Source of the DNA: an uncultured Verrucomicrobiota bacterium
Lineage (GTDB): Bacteria > Verrucomicrobiota > Kiritimatiellia > CAIVKH01
NCBI GenBank assembly: GCA_964441655.1
Contig: CAYTVN010000002.1
Location: forward strand, 1-45,790
DNA: 45,790 bases
Reading direction: 5' to 3'
Below the pieces are notes generated by a model. That model was not told the DNA's origin, ran no database searches, and saw only the letters and a list, made by a program, of their open reading frames with translations. Positions 26,165 to 34,401 of this stretch are shown here, one piece after another (within the stretch, counting starts at the first letter, position 1; every line of letters begins with the position of its first letter). Made by a program: the position numbers and the translations under genes.

Positions 26165-27604
26165 GTGATATTCAGCAGTTACGAATTTCTGTTTCTATTC
26201 CTCCCCGTGGTCCTGGCCGTGTACTATCTTTTGCCGGGCCGCCAGCGGGTTTTCTTTCTCACCCTGGCCAGTTATTTTTTCTACGGATGGTGGGATTTCC
26301 GATTCTGCGGTCTGATGCTGCTGTCCACGCTGATTGACTACGGCGCCGGCCTGGGGATCAGCCGGGCGGAAACCCCTTCGGGCCGGAAAAAATGGATGGT
26401 GGTTTCCGTCATCAGCAATCTCTCCCTGTTGGGCTTCTTCAAGTATTTTGACATGTTCGCCACTACACTGAATTACGGACTCTCCTCCGTTCTGCACGCT
26501 TCATTCTCCATTCCCAATTTGCATCTGGTCCTGCCGGTCGGCATTTCGTTCTACACCTTTCAGAGCATGAGCTACGCGATTGATCTGTATCGCGGGCACG
26601 CCAAACCCACCCGTTCCTTCATGGATTTTGCCTGCTACGTAAGTCTGTACCCCCAGTTGGTGGCGGGACCGATCGTGCGCTATCATGAGCTTGCGGCACA
26701 ACTTGTGGAGCGAAAGCATACCGCAGCCAAAGCAGCCCGTGGCGTGGCCATCTTCATTGTCGGATTGGCGAAGAAAATAGTGGTAGCCGACAGCGTGGCC
26801 TCGCTGACCGTGTTGGCTTTCGGAGAACCTGCGCCGGGTCTGCTCCATGCCTGGGTGGGGGCGTTGGCCTATGCCATGCAAATCTATTTTGATTTCAGTG
26901 GTTACTCCGACATGGCGATAGGGCTGGGCTTGATGCTGGGGTTCCAGTTTCCCATCAATTTCAATTCACCTTATCAGGCGATTTCCATCACGGATTTCTG
27001 GCGCCGCTGGCATATCTCCCTTTCGAACTGGCTGCGCGACTATCTGTATATCCCGCTGGGCGGTAATCGACTGGGTCCCGGGCGGACCTACGTCAATCTG
27101 GCCCTGGTAATGCTGCTGGGCGGGCTATGGCATGGAGCCAATTGGACTTTTGTGGTGTGGGGTGGCCTGCATGGCACCTTGCTGGCTTGGGAAAAGTTCC
27201 GTGGCACGACGGTGCCGCGTCGGATCTGGTGGGGCCGGGTCCGTACCTTCGTGCTGGTTTGCCTCGCGTGGGTTCCCTTCCGTGCCACCAGCATGGCTCA
27301 GGCCCTCGATGTCTGGCGCGGGATGCTCGGGTTGAATGGGACGGGTTGGATCGTATCATGGAGCGGGGCGCTGCCTCTGCAAGCGTCGCTCACGCTGCTT
27401 GGGATGGCGCTGGTCATTGCCTTTGCCCTGCCGAATTCGTGGTCCCTCCTGCGCATGGATGACGCCGACGAAGAGGCCTCTTTTCTGGGGGAGAGCTTGG
27501 GTGGTGTGGTGGCACGCATCGCGGCGGCGGCCCTGCTCTTCATGTTGTGTGTGGGTGTATTGATGATCAATAGCAGCTCGCCCTTTCTCTATTTTCAATT
27601 CTAG
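26165..27604 (+). CDS. MBOAT-family membrane O-acyltransferase, copy 3
   Basis: GTG start. 'FYTFQSMSYAIDLYRG', 'YPQLVAGPIVRY', 'DFSGYSDMAIG', 'FWRRWHISLSNWLRDYLYIPLGGNR', 'GLWHGANW'. Ends ...YFQF. Confidence 0.95.
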   Translation: MIFSSYEFLFLFLPVVLAVYYLLPGRQRVFFLTLASYFFYGWWDFRFCGLMLLSTLIDYGAGLGISRAETPSGRKKWMVVSVISNLSLLGFFKYFDMFATTLNYGLSSVLHASFSIPNLHLVLPVGISFYTFQSMSYAIDLYRGHAKPTRSFMDFACYVSLYPQLVAGPIVRYHELAAQLVERKHTAAKAARGVAIFIVGLAKKIVVADSVASLTVLAFGEPAPGLLHAWVGALAYAMQIYFDFSGYSDMAIGLGLMLGFQFPINFNSPYQAISITDFWRRWHISLSNWLRDYLYIPLGGNRLGPGRTYVNLALVMLLGGLWHGANWTFVVWGGLHGTLLAWEKFRGTTVPRRIWWGRVRTFVLVCLAWVPFRATSMAQALDVWRGMLGLNGTGWIVSWSGALPLQASLTLLGMALVIAFALPNSWSLLRMDDADEEASFLGESLGGVVARIAAAALLFMLCVGVLMINSSSPFLYFQF

Positions 27605-27677
27605 GAACCGGCTCCGGAGACATCGGGGCGATCCCGTCACGTCCGCCAAAATCTCCAATGCGGGAACATAAACAGTC

Positions 27678-28970
27678 GTGAAAACGAATTCCAACTCCAC
27701 GGTTATTCTGGGCGCCGGCCTGACCGGCCTGGGTGCGGCCACCCAACTTTCCGGCGCCGTGATCTACGAAGCCAAGAACCATCCGGGTGGCCATGTGTAT
27801 TCACATCGGCAGTGTGGTTACTCGTTCGACGAAGGGGCCCATATCTGTCATGCCAAGGATCCGGTATGGCTGGAGAAGCTGCATCAGAATGCCGGCCGGG
27901 TTGTCCGCATTTCGCAAAGTCGGGTGGCCAATTACTGGCATGGGCACTGGGTGACCTATCCGGTGCAAAATCATTTGCGTGATTTGCCCGTGGAACATCG
28001 CATCCGTGCCCTCACGGAAATAGTAGCCGCCCAGTCGGTCCCGGAGCGGACGCCAGGGAACTACGAGGAATGGTGCCGCTATCAGTATGGGACGTTCTTA
28101 ACCGAGCGATTCTACAAGGAATATACCGATAAATATTGGCGCACCTCCATGGCTGACATGGACACGGATTGGCTGGCCGGTCGCCTGTTGCCGTCCCAGG
28201 TGGACCGTATTGTGCATGGCGCCATCGCTCCGCTGGATGAAAAGCAGTCCGTCTTTTCCACCTTTCATTATCCGCTGGAGGGAGGCTTCTTCGCCTTTTT
28301 TCAAAAGTTCTACCAGACGGTGCCGGTCCAGTTGGGCATGAAGGTGGTCGGTATTGACCCCGACCTGCGCCGACTGCGGTTCGCCAATGGCGAACAAGCG
28401 TCGTATGGTCAACTGATCAGCACCATCCCGCTGAACGAGTTGATCCGTGCGCTGCCGGAGGTGCCCGATGCCATACGCCGGGATGCCGAATCGTTGCGGC
28501 ACACTCAACTGATCGGGATCAACCTGGTGGTCCGCAAGCCCAACCTGGTGCCTCATCACTGGTTCTATATTTACGATCCGGAAGTGGAGGTGTCCCGCGT
28601 CAAAGTCCTAAGTAATGTCATACCGGACGGTCTGCCGCCTGGCGTTACCGTGCTTCAGACGGAGATATTCCGGCGGGATGACGAAGTGTTTGATGTGGAA
28701 GCGCTGAAGCGGGGGGCGGTGGAGGACCTGGGCCGATTGCTGGGATTTGACCCGGCGAGCGATGTGGTCGCCGTGGATCACGTAGTGGTGTCACACGCCT
28801 ATACCATCCCGACCCTGGGGCGGCAGGCGGCGGTGGACCGTATCGTGGGATGGCTTGAAAGCAAGGGCATCGAGACGGCTGGATTGTATGGCCGATGGAA
28901 ATACATGTGGTCTGATCAGGCCTATCAAGCCGGAATTGAAGCCGCGGGAAGAATCAACGCCCGGTGTTAA
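27678..28970 (+). CDS. FAD/NAD(P)-binding flavoenzyme related to UDP-galactopyranose mutase / amine-oxidase superfamily
   Basis: GTG start. Dinucleotide-binding 'VILGAGLTGLGAA'; 'HPGGH'; 'YPVQNHL'; 'NYEEW'; C-terminal 'GLYGRWKYMWSDQAYQAG'. Paralogous to 30070..31515. Confidence 0.85.
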   Translation: MKTNSNSTVILGAGLTGLGAATQLSGAVIYEAKNHPGGHVYSHRQCGYSFDEGAHICHAKDPVWLEKLHQNAGRVVRISQSRVANYWHGHWVTYPVQNHLRDLPVEHRIRALTEIVAAQSVPERTPGNYEEWCRYQYGTFLTERFYKEYTDKYWRTSMADMDTDWLAGRLLPSQVDRIVHGAIAPLDEKQSVFSTFHYPLEGGFFAFFQKFYQTVPVQLGMKVVGIDPDLRRLRFANGEQASYGQLISTIPLNELIRALPEVPDAIRRDAESLRHTQLIGINLVVRKPNLVPHHWFYIYDPEVEVSRVKVLSNVIPDGLPPGVTVLQTEIFRRDDEVFDVEALKRGAVEDLGRLLGFDPASDVVAVDHVVVSHAYTIPTLGRQAAVDRIVGWLESKGIETAGLYGRWKYMWSDQAYQAGIEAAGRINARC

Positions 28971-29001
28971 CGCCCATCCATGGGAATGTCGCTCTGACGC
29001 A

Positions 29002-30018
29002 ATGAAATCCGAAGCAGTAACGGCTCCTCCAGCATCAACTAGGCCGGCAAGGATGAACTCTATTGATGTGGCGAAGGGCATCGGCATTCTGCTGGTGGTG
29101 ATCGGACATACGGATGCCCGGCCGTGGGTGGGAAACCTGATTTATCAATTTCACATGCCGTTCTTCTTCATCCTCAGCGGGTATCTGTTCCGGCCGACCA
29201 CGCTACGGGATTTTCTTCAAAGAAAAACCGTTCGCTACCTGTTGCCCTACTTTTCGTATTTGGTCCTGTTTGCACTGGCCGCCCCCAAGCCCGCCATGGA
29301 GACCATTCTCGGGGCTCAAGGCGCCCAACATCCCGTGCTGTCGTTGCTGATAGGCGGTGTGCACTTGGAAACGTATGCCACACCTTTCTGGTTCCCAACC
29401 GCACTTTACATCACGGCTCTTTTGGCCACAGGGGTTGCCCTGGTGAAACGCCGGCATTTTGCCTCGGGCGCGGCCATCGTCTGTCTGTTGGGCGCGCTGA
29501 TAAACCAGCGCCACCACACCATCGCCTGGCCGTTCGCGGCGAATGTGGCCTTGATGGGCTATGTTTTCTTTTTCTGCGGACAGTGGTTACGAGAGCATCT
29601 CGATTCCAAGCCGCTGCTGTGGTGGGCGGGCGTCCTTACTGCGGCATCGGCAGGCGCCATTCTTTTTACAGATTTACCGTTCTCTTTTGACATGAAACAT
29701 GCCTATTACGGGATATTCCCCATCAGCCTGGTCATGGCTCTCTCCATGTCCGTGATGTTGTTGGCGCTCTCGCAAGTTGCTTATGCGCGCGCGCCTGTGT
29801 TAGCTCATGCCCTGATCTATGTGGGCCAGGCTTCGATGACCATTATGTATCTTCATCAGTTCTTCCAACTGAGATTGGGCTACACGCGCTTTCACGACTG
29901 GCACCTGCTGCGCATCGCGGCCGGGGTTTTGATCCCCTTGATCTTGCATGCAGGGCTGATGCGGGTGGGTGTGTTGCGGGTATTCTTCTGCGGGTTGCCC
30001 AAGCCGGTGCGGGCATAG
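29002..30018 (+). CDS. acyltransferase family 3 (OafA/YrhL-like) integral membrane O-acyltransferase
   Basis: 'IDVAKGIGILLVVIGH...FHMPFFFILSGYLF' plus about 9 further TM helices. The start is either the ATG at 29002 or the ATG at 29053. The ORF-track start at 28855 overlaps the upstream gene. Confidence 0.85.
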   Translation: MKSEAVTAPPASTRPARMNSIDVAKGIGILLVVIGHTDARPWVGNLIYQFHMPFFFILSGYLFRPTTLRDFLQRKTVRYLLPYFSYLVLFALAAPKPAMETILGAQGAQHPVLSLLIGGVHLETYATPFWFPTALYITALLATGVALVKRRHFASGAAIVCLLGALINQRHHTIAWPFAANVALMGYVFFFCGQWLREHLDSKPLLWWAGVLTAASAGAILFTDLPFSFDMKHAYYGIFPISLVMALSMSVMLLALSQVAYARAPVLAHALIYVGQASMTIMYLHQFFQLRLGYTRFHDWHLLRIAAGVLIPLILHAGLMRVGVLRVFFCGLPKPVRA

Positions 30019-30069
30019 ATCCATGGACGATGTACGATAGGGTGAAGAGGATGGCAGGGCGATTTAGGC

Positions 30070-31515
30070 ATGAATAAAACAGAATATTTGATAATTGGCG
30101 CGGGTCCGACCGGGCTGGGGGCAGCGACGCGTTTGCAGGAAAAAGGGAAGGACTGGCTCCTGCTGGAAGCCGAACAGCATTTTGGCGGATTGGCGTCATC
30201 CTTCAAAGATCCGCAGGGATTTACCTGGGATATGGGCGGGCACGTCCAGTTTTCCCACTACGAAACCTTCGACCGCTACATGGACCAGGCCTTGGGCCCG
30301 GAGGGATGGAATACTCACCAGCGGGAATCCTGGGTCTGGATCAAGAAGCGCTTCGTACCTTATCCCTTCCAAAACAATCTTCACCGTCTCGACCCCGAGG
30401 ACCGGTGGGCTTGCATGGAGGGACTATTGGAGGCGTGGCAGCGGGAGCAGGCCAGAAGTCAGACTTCAGATCTCAGATCTCAGACCGCAGACCTCAAACC
30501 TCAGGCCTCGACCAGAAACTTTGAAGAATGGATGCTCGATACCTTTGGCCCGGGCATCACCGAATTGTTCATGTATCCCTATAACTTCAAAGTGTGGGCC
30601 TATCCACCGTCTCAGATGGACGCGCACTGGATCGGTGAGCGCGTATCCGTGCCGGGCCTGGGGGGCGTGATCAAATCCATCTGCCTGAACCGAGACGAAG
30701 TTTCCTGGGGCCCCAACAAGGTCTTCCGTTTTCCCAAGCGGGGTGGCACGGGGGCGGTGTGGGAAGCCATCGGCCGGGGGCTTCCCGCGGATCGGGTTCA
30801 ATTGGGCCGGGCCGTGACCCATATCGATCCCGTTGCCCGTACGGTGAAAACCCACGACGGCCAAACATGGTCGTATCAACATCTGATCTCCACCATAGCG
30901 CTGAATCACTTGATCGGGATGGCACCGGGTGTGGTTCCTCCGGAACACGCCGGCTTGCTCCGCTATTCATCCACCAACGTCGTTGGTGTCGGCTTGAACG
31001 GCGCGGTGCCCGAGTCCCTCAAAACCAAGTGCTGGATGTATTTCCCGGATGCCAACAGCCCGTACTACCGGGTGACCGTGTTCACCAACTACAGCCAGGA
31101 GAATGCGGCCAAACCCGGCCAGCAGTGGTCCCTCATGACGGAAACGGCCGAAAGCCCCCTGAAGCCTGTCCGTCCGGAAAGCTTGGTGGAAGAAACACTG
31201 CTGGCTTTGGAAGAAGACCGGTTGATACCCGACCGCTCCGCCATCTGCTCGGTGGTACATAAGCGTCTGGAGCAGGGCTATCCCACGCCATTCTTGGGCC
31301 GGGATGCCGTGGTGGATCCAATGCTGCGCGCTTTTGAAGCAAAGAGCATTTATAGCCGAGGGCGGTTCGGGGCCTGGAAATACGAGGTGGCCAACCAGGA
31401 TCATTCTTTTGCCCAGGGCTACGAATGTGTGGAGCGACTGGTTGCGGGGGGCGGATCTGAATGCGAGCCCACGCTGTTTACGCCTGATCTGGTGAACAGC
31501 CGGAGAAATCCCTGA
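30070..31515 (+). CDS. glf: UDP-galactopyranose mutase, resembling the eukaryotic-type enzymes (from memory of fungal/kinetoplastid UGM sequences)
   Basis: 'LIIGAGPTGLGAA', 'GGLASS..GFTWDMGGHVQFSHY', 'YPFQNN', 'YNFKVWA', 'FRFPKRGGTG', 'GYPTP', 'SRGRFGAWKYEVANQDHSF'. Contains an in-frame heptamer-repeat insertion. Confidence 0.8.
   Translation: MNKTEYLIIGAGPTGLGAATRLQEKGKDWLLLEAEQHFGGLASSFKDPQGFTWDMGGHVQFSHYETFDRYMDQALGPEGWNTHQRESWVWIKKRFVPYPFQNNLHRLDPEDRWACMEGLLEAWQREQARSQTSDLRSQTADLKPQASTRNFEEWMLDTFGPGITELFMYPYNFKVWAYPPSQMDAHWIGERVSVPGLGGVIKSICLNRDEVSWGPNKVFRFPKRGGTGAVWEAIGRGLPADRVQLGRAVTHIDPVARTVKTHDGQTWSYQHLISTIALNHLIGMAPGVVPPEHAGLLRYSSTNVVGVGLNGAVPESLKTKCWMYFPDANSPYYRVTVFTNYSQENAAKPGQQWSLMTETAESPLKPVRPESLVEETLLALEEDRLIPDRSAICSVVHKRLEQGYPTPFLGRDAVVDPMLRAFEAKSIYSRGRFGAWKYEVANQDHSFAQGYECVERLVAGGGSECEPTLFTPDLVNSRRNP
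30452..30514. repeat. nine tandem heptamers (CCAGAAG TCAGACT TCAGATC TCAGATC TCAGACC GCAGACC TCAAACC TCAGGCC TCGACCA), 63 nt, in frame inside the UGM gene
   Basis: Read directly. It encodes RSQTSDLRSQTADLKPQAST. 9 x 7 = 63 nt preserves the reading frame. Confidence 0.8.
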
Positions 31516-32664
31516 TTGAACGCCCGGATATCCATTTTGGTTCCTGATGTGGGCAGCCCCATTCTGGGCGCGGCCACCGCACTGGCCAAGCATTTGCAGC
31601 AGGCTTACCAGGTGGAAATTGTTGGTCCTGATTTGGGGTCGGGTGTGTGCGCGATGTATCGCGATACCTTTCCGTACCGGGTGGTCCCGGCGCCCCGCCT
31701 GTACCGCCTGCCCGATTTCATCTGGGAATCGCGCCGGTTGAGCCGTGCCCTGGATGGTGATTTGATCATCGCGGTGAAGGCTTACGCCAACACCATTCCG
31801 CTGGCCTGGTGGGAGAAGGTTAGGCGGGGCCGGCGGGCGGTGGCCTATCTCGATGAATGGGATGGCGCATTGTTCAGCATGCTGAACCTACGCCAGAAAT
31901 GCCGCTCGGCCCTTGGCAACCTCCACCATCCCTTGGAGGATATTTATTACCCTTGGATCGAAAAATTGATCCCGCGACTGGATACGGTGCTGTCCACCAC
32001 CACCTTTCTTCAAAAGAAATTCGGCGGCCACCTTGTGCATATGGGGGTGGATACCGACTATTTTTCGCCCAGCGCTGAGGCGGAGGTCGAAGCGCTGAAA
32101 CACGAGTTGGGCCTCGGTTCGTTGAAGAATATTGTCTTTGGCGGTGTGGTGCGGCCACACAAGGGGATTGAATTGATTCTGGAAGCGCTGGCCCAGTTGG
32201 GAAATGCCCGCTACCGGCTGGTCATTGTTGGGCCCAAAAATGCACATGTGGAGCATCTGCTGGCCGAGGAGCGCTATCGTCCGTATCTGGTCGCTCTGGG
32301 TGCCCGGCCCAAGGAGGAGATGCCCCGTTATTTGAGTTTGGCCGATGCCATCGTACTTCCGCTATCCAACAACCTGCTGGCTCAGTCCCAGATGCCGTGC
32401 AAGGTTTTTGAGGCCATGTCCATGGCCAAGCCGGTGATCGCCTCCCAGGTGTCAGATCTGCCGCTGGTGCTGGAGGGCTGCGGCCGGTTGGTTCCGCCGG
32501 ATGATGCCACCGCACTGGCTCGCGCCATTGATGAGTTGTTCTCCAATGAAGCGGAAGCTCGTCAACTGGGTTTGGCCGCCCGGGAAAAATGTATTCGCCT
32601 CTATAGCCGCGACGTCACCAGAAACCAGTTGATCAAGTTGGCCGCATCGCTCCTGGACGCGTGA
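31516..32664 (+). CDS. glycosyltransferase family 4/1 (GT-B)
   Basis: TTG start directly abutting the upstream TGA. 'GGVVRPHKGIELILEAL', 'KVFEAMSMAKPVIASQVSDLPLVLEGCGRLV'. Confidence 0.85.
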   Translation: MNARISILVPDVGSPILGAATALAKHLQQAYQVEIVGPDLGSGVCAMYRDTFPYRVVPAPRLYRLPDFIWESRRLSRALDGDLIIAVKAYANTIPLAWWEKVRRGRRAVAYLDEWDGALFSMLNLRQKCRSALGNLHHPLEDIYYPWIEKLIPRLDTVLSTTTFLQKKFGGHLVHMGVDTDYFSPSAEAEVEALKHELGLGSLKNIVFGGVVRPHKGIELILEALAQLGNARYRLVIVGPKNAHVEHLLAEERYRPYLVALGARPKEEMPRYLSLADAIVLPLSNNLLAQSQMPCKVFEAMSMAKPVIASQVSDLPLVLEGCGRLVPPDDATALARAIDELFSNEAEARQLGLAAREKCIRLYSRDVTRNQLIKLAASLLDA

Positions 32665-32692
32665 AGACCTCATACCCGCCGTATAATATCCC

Positions 32693-33967
32693 ATGATGTC
32701 CCGACCACTACGCATCCTGTTTGTCAACCGCATGGCCACCCTGGTCCGGGGTGGGGGGGAGACATTTGATCTGGAGATTTCCGCCAGTCTGGAGAAATTA
32801 GGCTGCCAGATAAGCTATCTTACCGGAGCCCCCGTGTGGGGCGCGCCGCCGTTGCCGCTGGCACATCCCCGGTCCCATCTGATTCGATCCCCGTATCTGC
32901 CCTGGTTCCCGTGGGACAAGGTAAAGGCCGGTTGGCGCGTCCGGGTGTGGGAATTCAGCCAGTTTGAGCGCAAGGCCGCGCGGTGGATCATGGCCCACGC
33001 CAACGAGTATGATGTGATCCAAATCTGCGAGCTGCCGTATCTTGTTTCCCTGCTTAAATCGGCGGACACTCCTTGTCCGACCCCTGTTGTCCTTCGTCTT
33101 ACCGCGCCTAATGCCCACGATCCATGGGGCGGCGTGAAGCTGGCGGATGCCGTTATCGCCAGCGGAACGTCCATTGAAAAAGTGCGGAAGAAGGTGCGGC
33201 CGTCCGTGTTTGATGTGCCCAACGGAGTAAATTTGGAGCGGTTTAACCAGCCTGAAGCCGCAAGACTGACGACGGATTTTCGGGCTCGCCACAACATTCC
33301 GGCCTCCGCCCCGGTAATGCTCTATGTCGCCCGCTTTCAGGCCTTCAAAAATCACAATCTTCTGATGGATGCCTTTCTGCGCGTGGTCCAGGACGCACCC
33401 GACGTGCGGTTGGTTCTGGCTGGGAGTGGACCGCTCAAGAAGGAGATCGAGGCCAGATGTCAGACGTCAGAGCTGCGGGATCGCGTGCTTTTTCTGGGCG
33501 AGGTTCCCTTTTCCGATCTGCCCAAGGTATATGCCGCGGCTGACATCAAAGTTATTTCCAGCGAGTACGAGTCTTTTTGCTTCGCCGCCATCGAGGCCAT
33601 GGCGGCGGGTCTGCCGGTGGTCACCACGGATTGTGGATGGGTCCCGAAACTGATTGGCGATACGCTACCGCCCATCGAAAAACAGTGGGCCCACGGGGGT
33701 GATGCGCCGGGGCGATTCGCGGTCGAGCAGGATGGGAAACGCATCCGCACGGCGCCGGGCGGCCTGGTGGTAAGCAGGGTGGAGGCAGACTCGCTGGCCG
33801 CAGCCATGAAGGTGATGCTGCAAGATGCAACTCTGCGGGCCGAAAACGGCGCGTGGAATCGCAAAAAAGCTGTGCGTGAGCACGGCTGGGAAAGTAGCGC
33901 CCAAAAATTGCTGGGCGTGTACCGGGGGCTGGTATCTGATGTCGGAGGTCGGAGATCAGAGGTCTGA
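32693..33967 (+). CDS. glycosyltransferase family 4
   Basis: 'RILFVNRMATLVRGGGETF', 'LYVARFQAFKNHNLLMDAF', 'SSEYESFCFAAIEAMAAGLPVVTTD'. The last ~10 codons and the stop lie inside a heptamer array. Confidence 0.9.
   Translation: MMSRPLRILFVNRMATLVRGGGETFDLEISASLEKLGCQISYLTGAPVWGAPPLPLAHPRSHLIRSPYLPWFPWDKVKAGWRVRVWEFSQFERKAARWIMAHANEYDVIQICELPYLVSLLKSADTPCPTPVVLRLTAPNAHDPWGGVKLADAVIASGTSIEKVRKKVRPSVFDVPNGVNLERFNQPEAARLTTDFRARHNIPASAPVMLYVARFQAFKNHNLLMDAFLRVVQDAPDVRLVLAGSGPLKKEIEARCQTSELRDRVLFLGEVPFSDLPKVYAAADIKVISSEYESFCFAAIEAMAAGLPVVTTDCGWVPKLIGDTLPPIEKQWAHGGDAPGRFAVEQDGKRIRTAPGGLVVSRVEADSLAAAMKVMLQDATLRAENGAWNRKKAVREHGWESSAQKLLGVYRGLVSDVGGRRSEV
33453..33473. repeat. three tandem heptamers CCAGATG TCAGACG TCAGAGC inside the GT4 CDS
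   Basis: Read directly. Same TCAGAnn family. Encodes ...RCQTSEL... Confidence 0.45.
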
Positions 33968-33972
33968 AGGCA
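33938..33972. repeat. heptamer array GATGTCG GAGGTCG GAGATCA GAGGTCT GAAGGCA (left arm; inverted orientation of the CnGACCT unit)
   Basis: Read directly. It contains the GT4 stop codon (33965-33967). 'GAGGTCTGAAG' is the perfect complement of 'CTTCAGACCTC' at 34367-34377. Confidence 0.8.
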
Positions 33973-33981
33973 AGAGCTGGC

Positions 33982-34401
33982 ATGCAGATTAAATCAGCGA
34001 AGGAACTGGACGTATATAAACTGGCGTATTCCTTGAGTATGCACATATATGATCTTTCCAAGGCATGGCCGAAAGATGAGCAGTACGCTTTGACCGATCA
34101 ATGTCGAAGATCCAGTCGTGCGGTCTGCGCCGGTCTACGTGAAGCATGGGCGAAACGACGGTACGAAGCTCACTTCGTCAATAAGCTGACAACGTGCGAC
34201 GGCGAGAACAGCGAAACGGACACATGGTTGGATTATGCCTTGGATTGCGGTTACATCTCCGCTGATGTTCATCGTGATCTCGTCGGAACGATTGCCCATA
34301 TCGGAGCTATGTTGGGGAAAATGATGCATAACCCAAAGCCTTTCTTATCGGTAAGCCGACCCCCCACTTCAGACCTCCGACCTCAAGCCTCTGACCTCTG
34401 A
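33982..34401 (+). CDS. four-helix-bundle protein (23S rRNA intervening-sequence protein / S23p family; Avd-like fold)
   Basis: 'ELDVYKLAYSLSMHIYDLSKAWPKDEQYALTDQCRRSSRAVCAGLREAW...ENSETDTWLDYALDCGYIS' matches my memory of the family pattern (L-VY-A...IY...FP..E...L..Q.RR...S). The body is visibly AT-richer than its neighbours (by eye, not computed). The C-terminal 'RPPTSDLRPQASDL' is encoded by the heptamer array. Confidence 0.85.
   Translation: MQIKSAKELDVYKLAYSLSMHIYDLSKAWPKDEQYALTDQCRRSSRAVCAGLREAWAKRRYEAHFVNKLTTCDGENSETDTWLDYALDCGYISADVHRDLVGTIAHIGAMLGKMMHNPKPFLSVSRPPTSDLRPQASDL

Noticed and set aside
30025-30066. Possible degenerate period-7 pattern (GGACGAT GTACGAT AGGGTGA AGAGGAT ...) in the spacer upstream of the UGM gene.
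   Set aside because: Only two units are clearly related and the remainder drifts out of register. That is too weak to separate from chance by eye.
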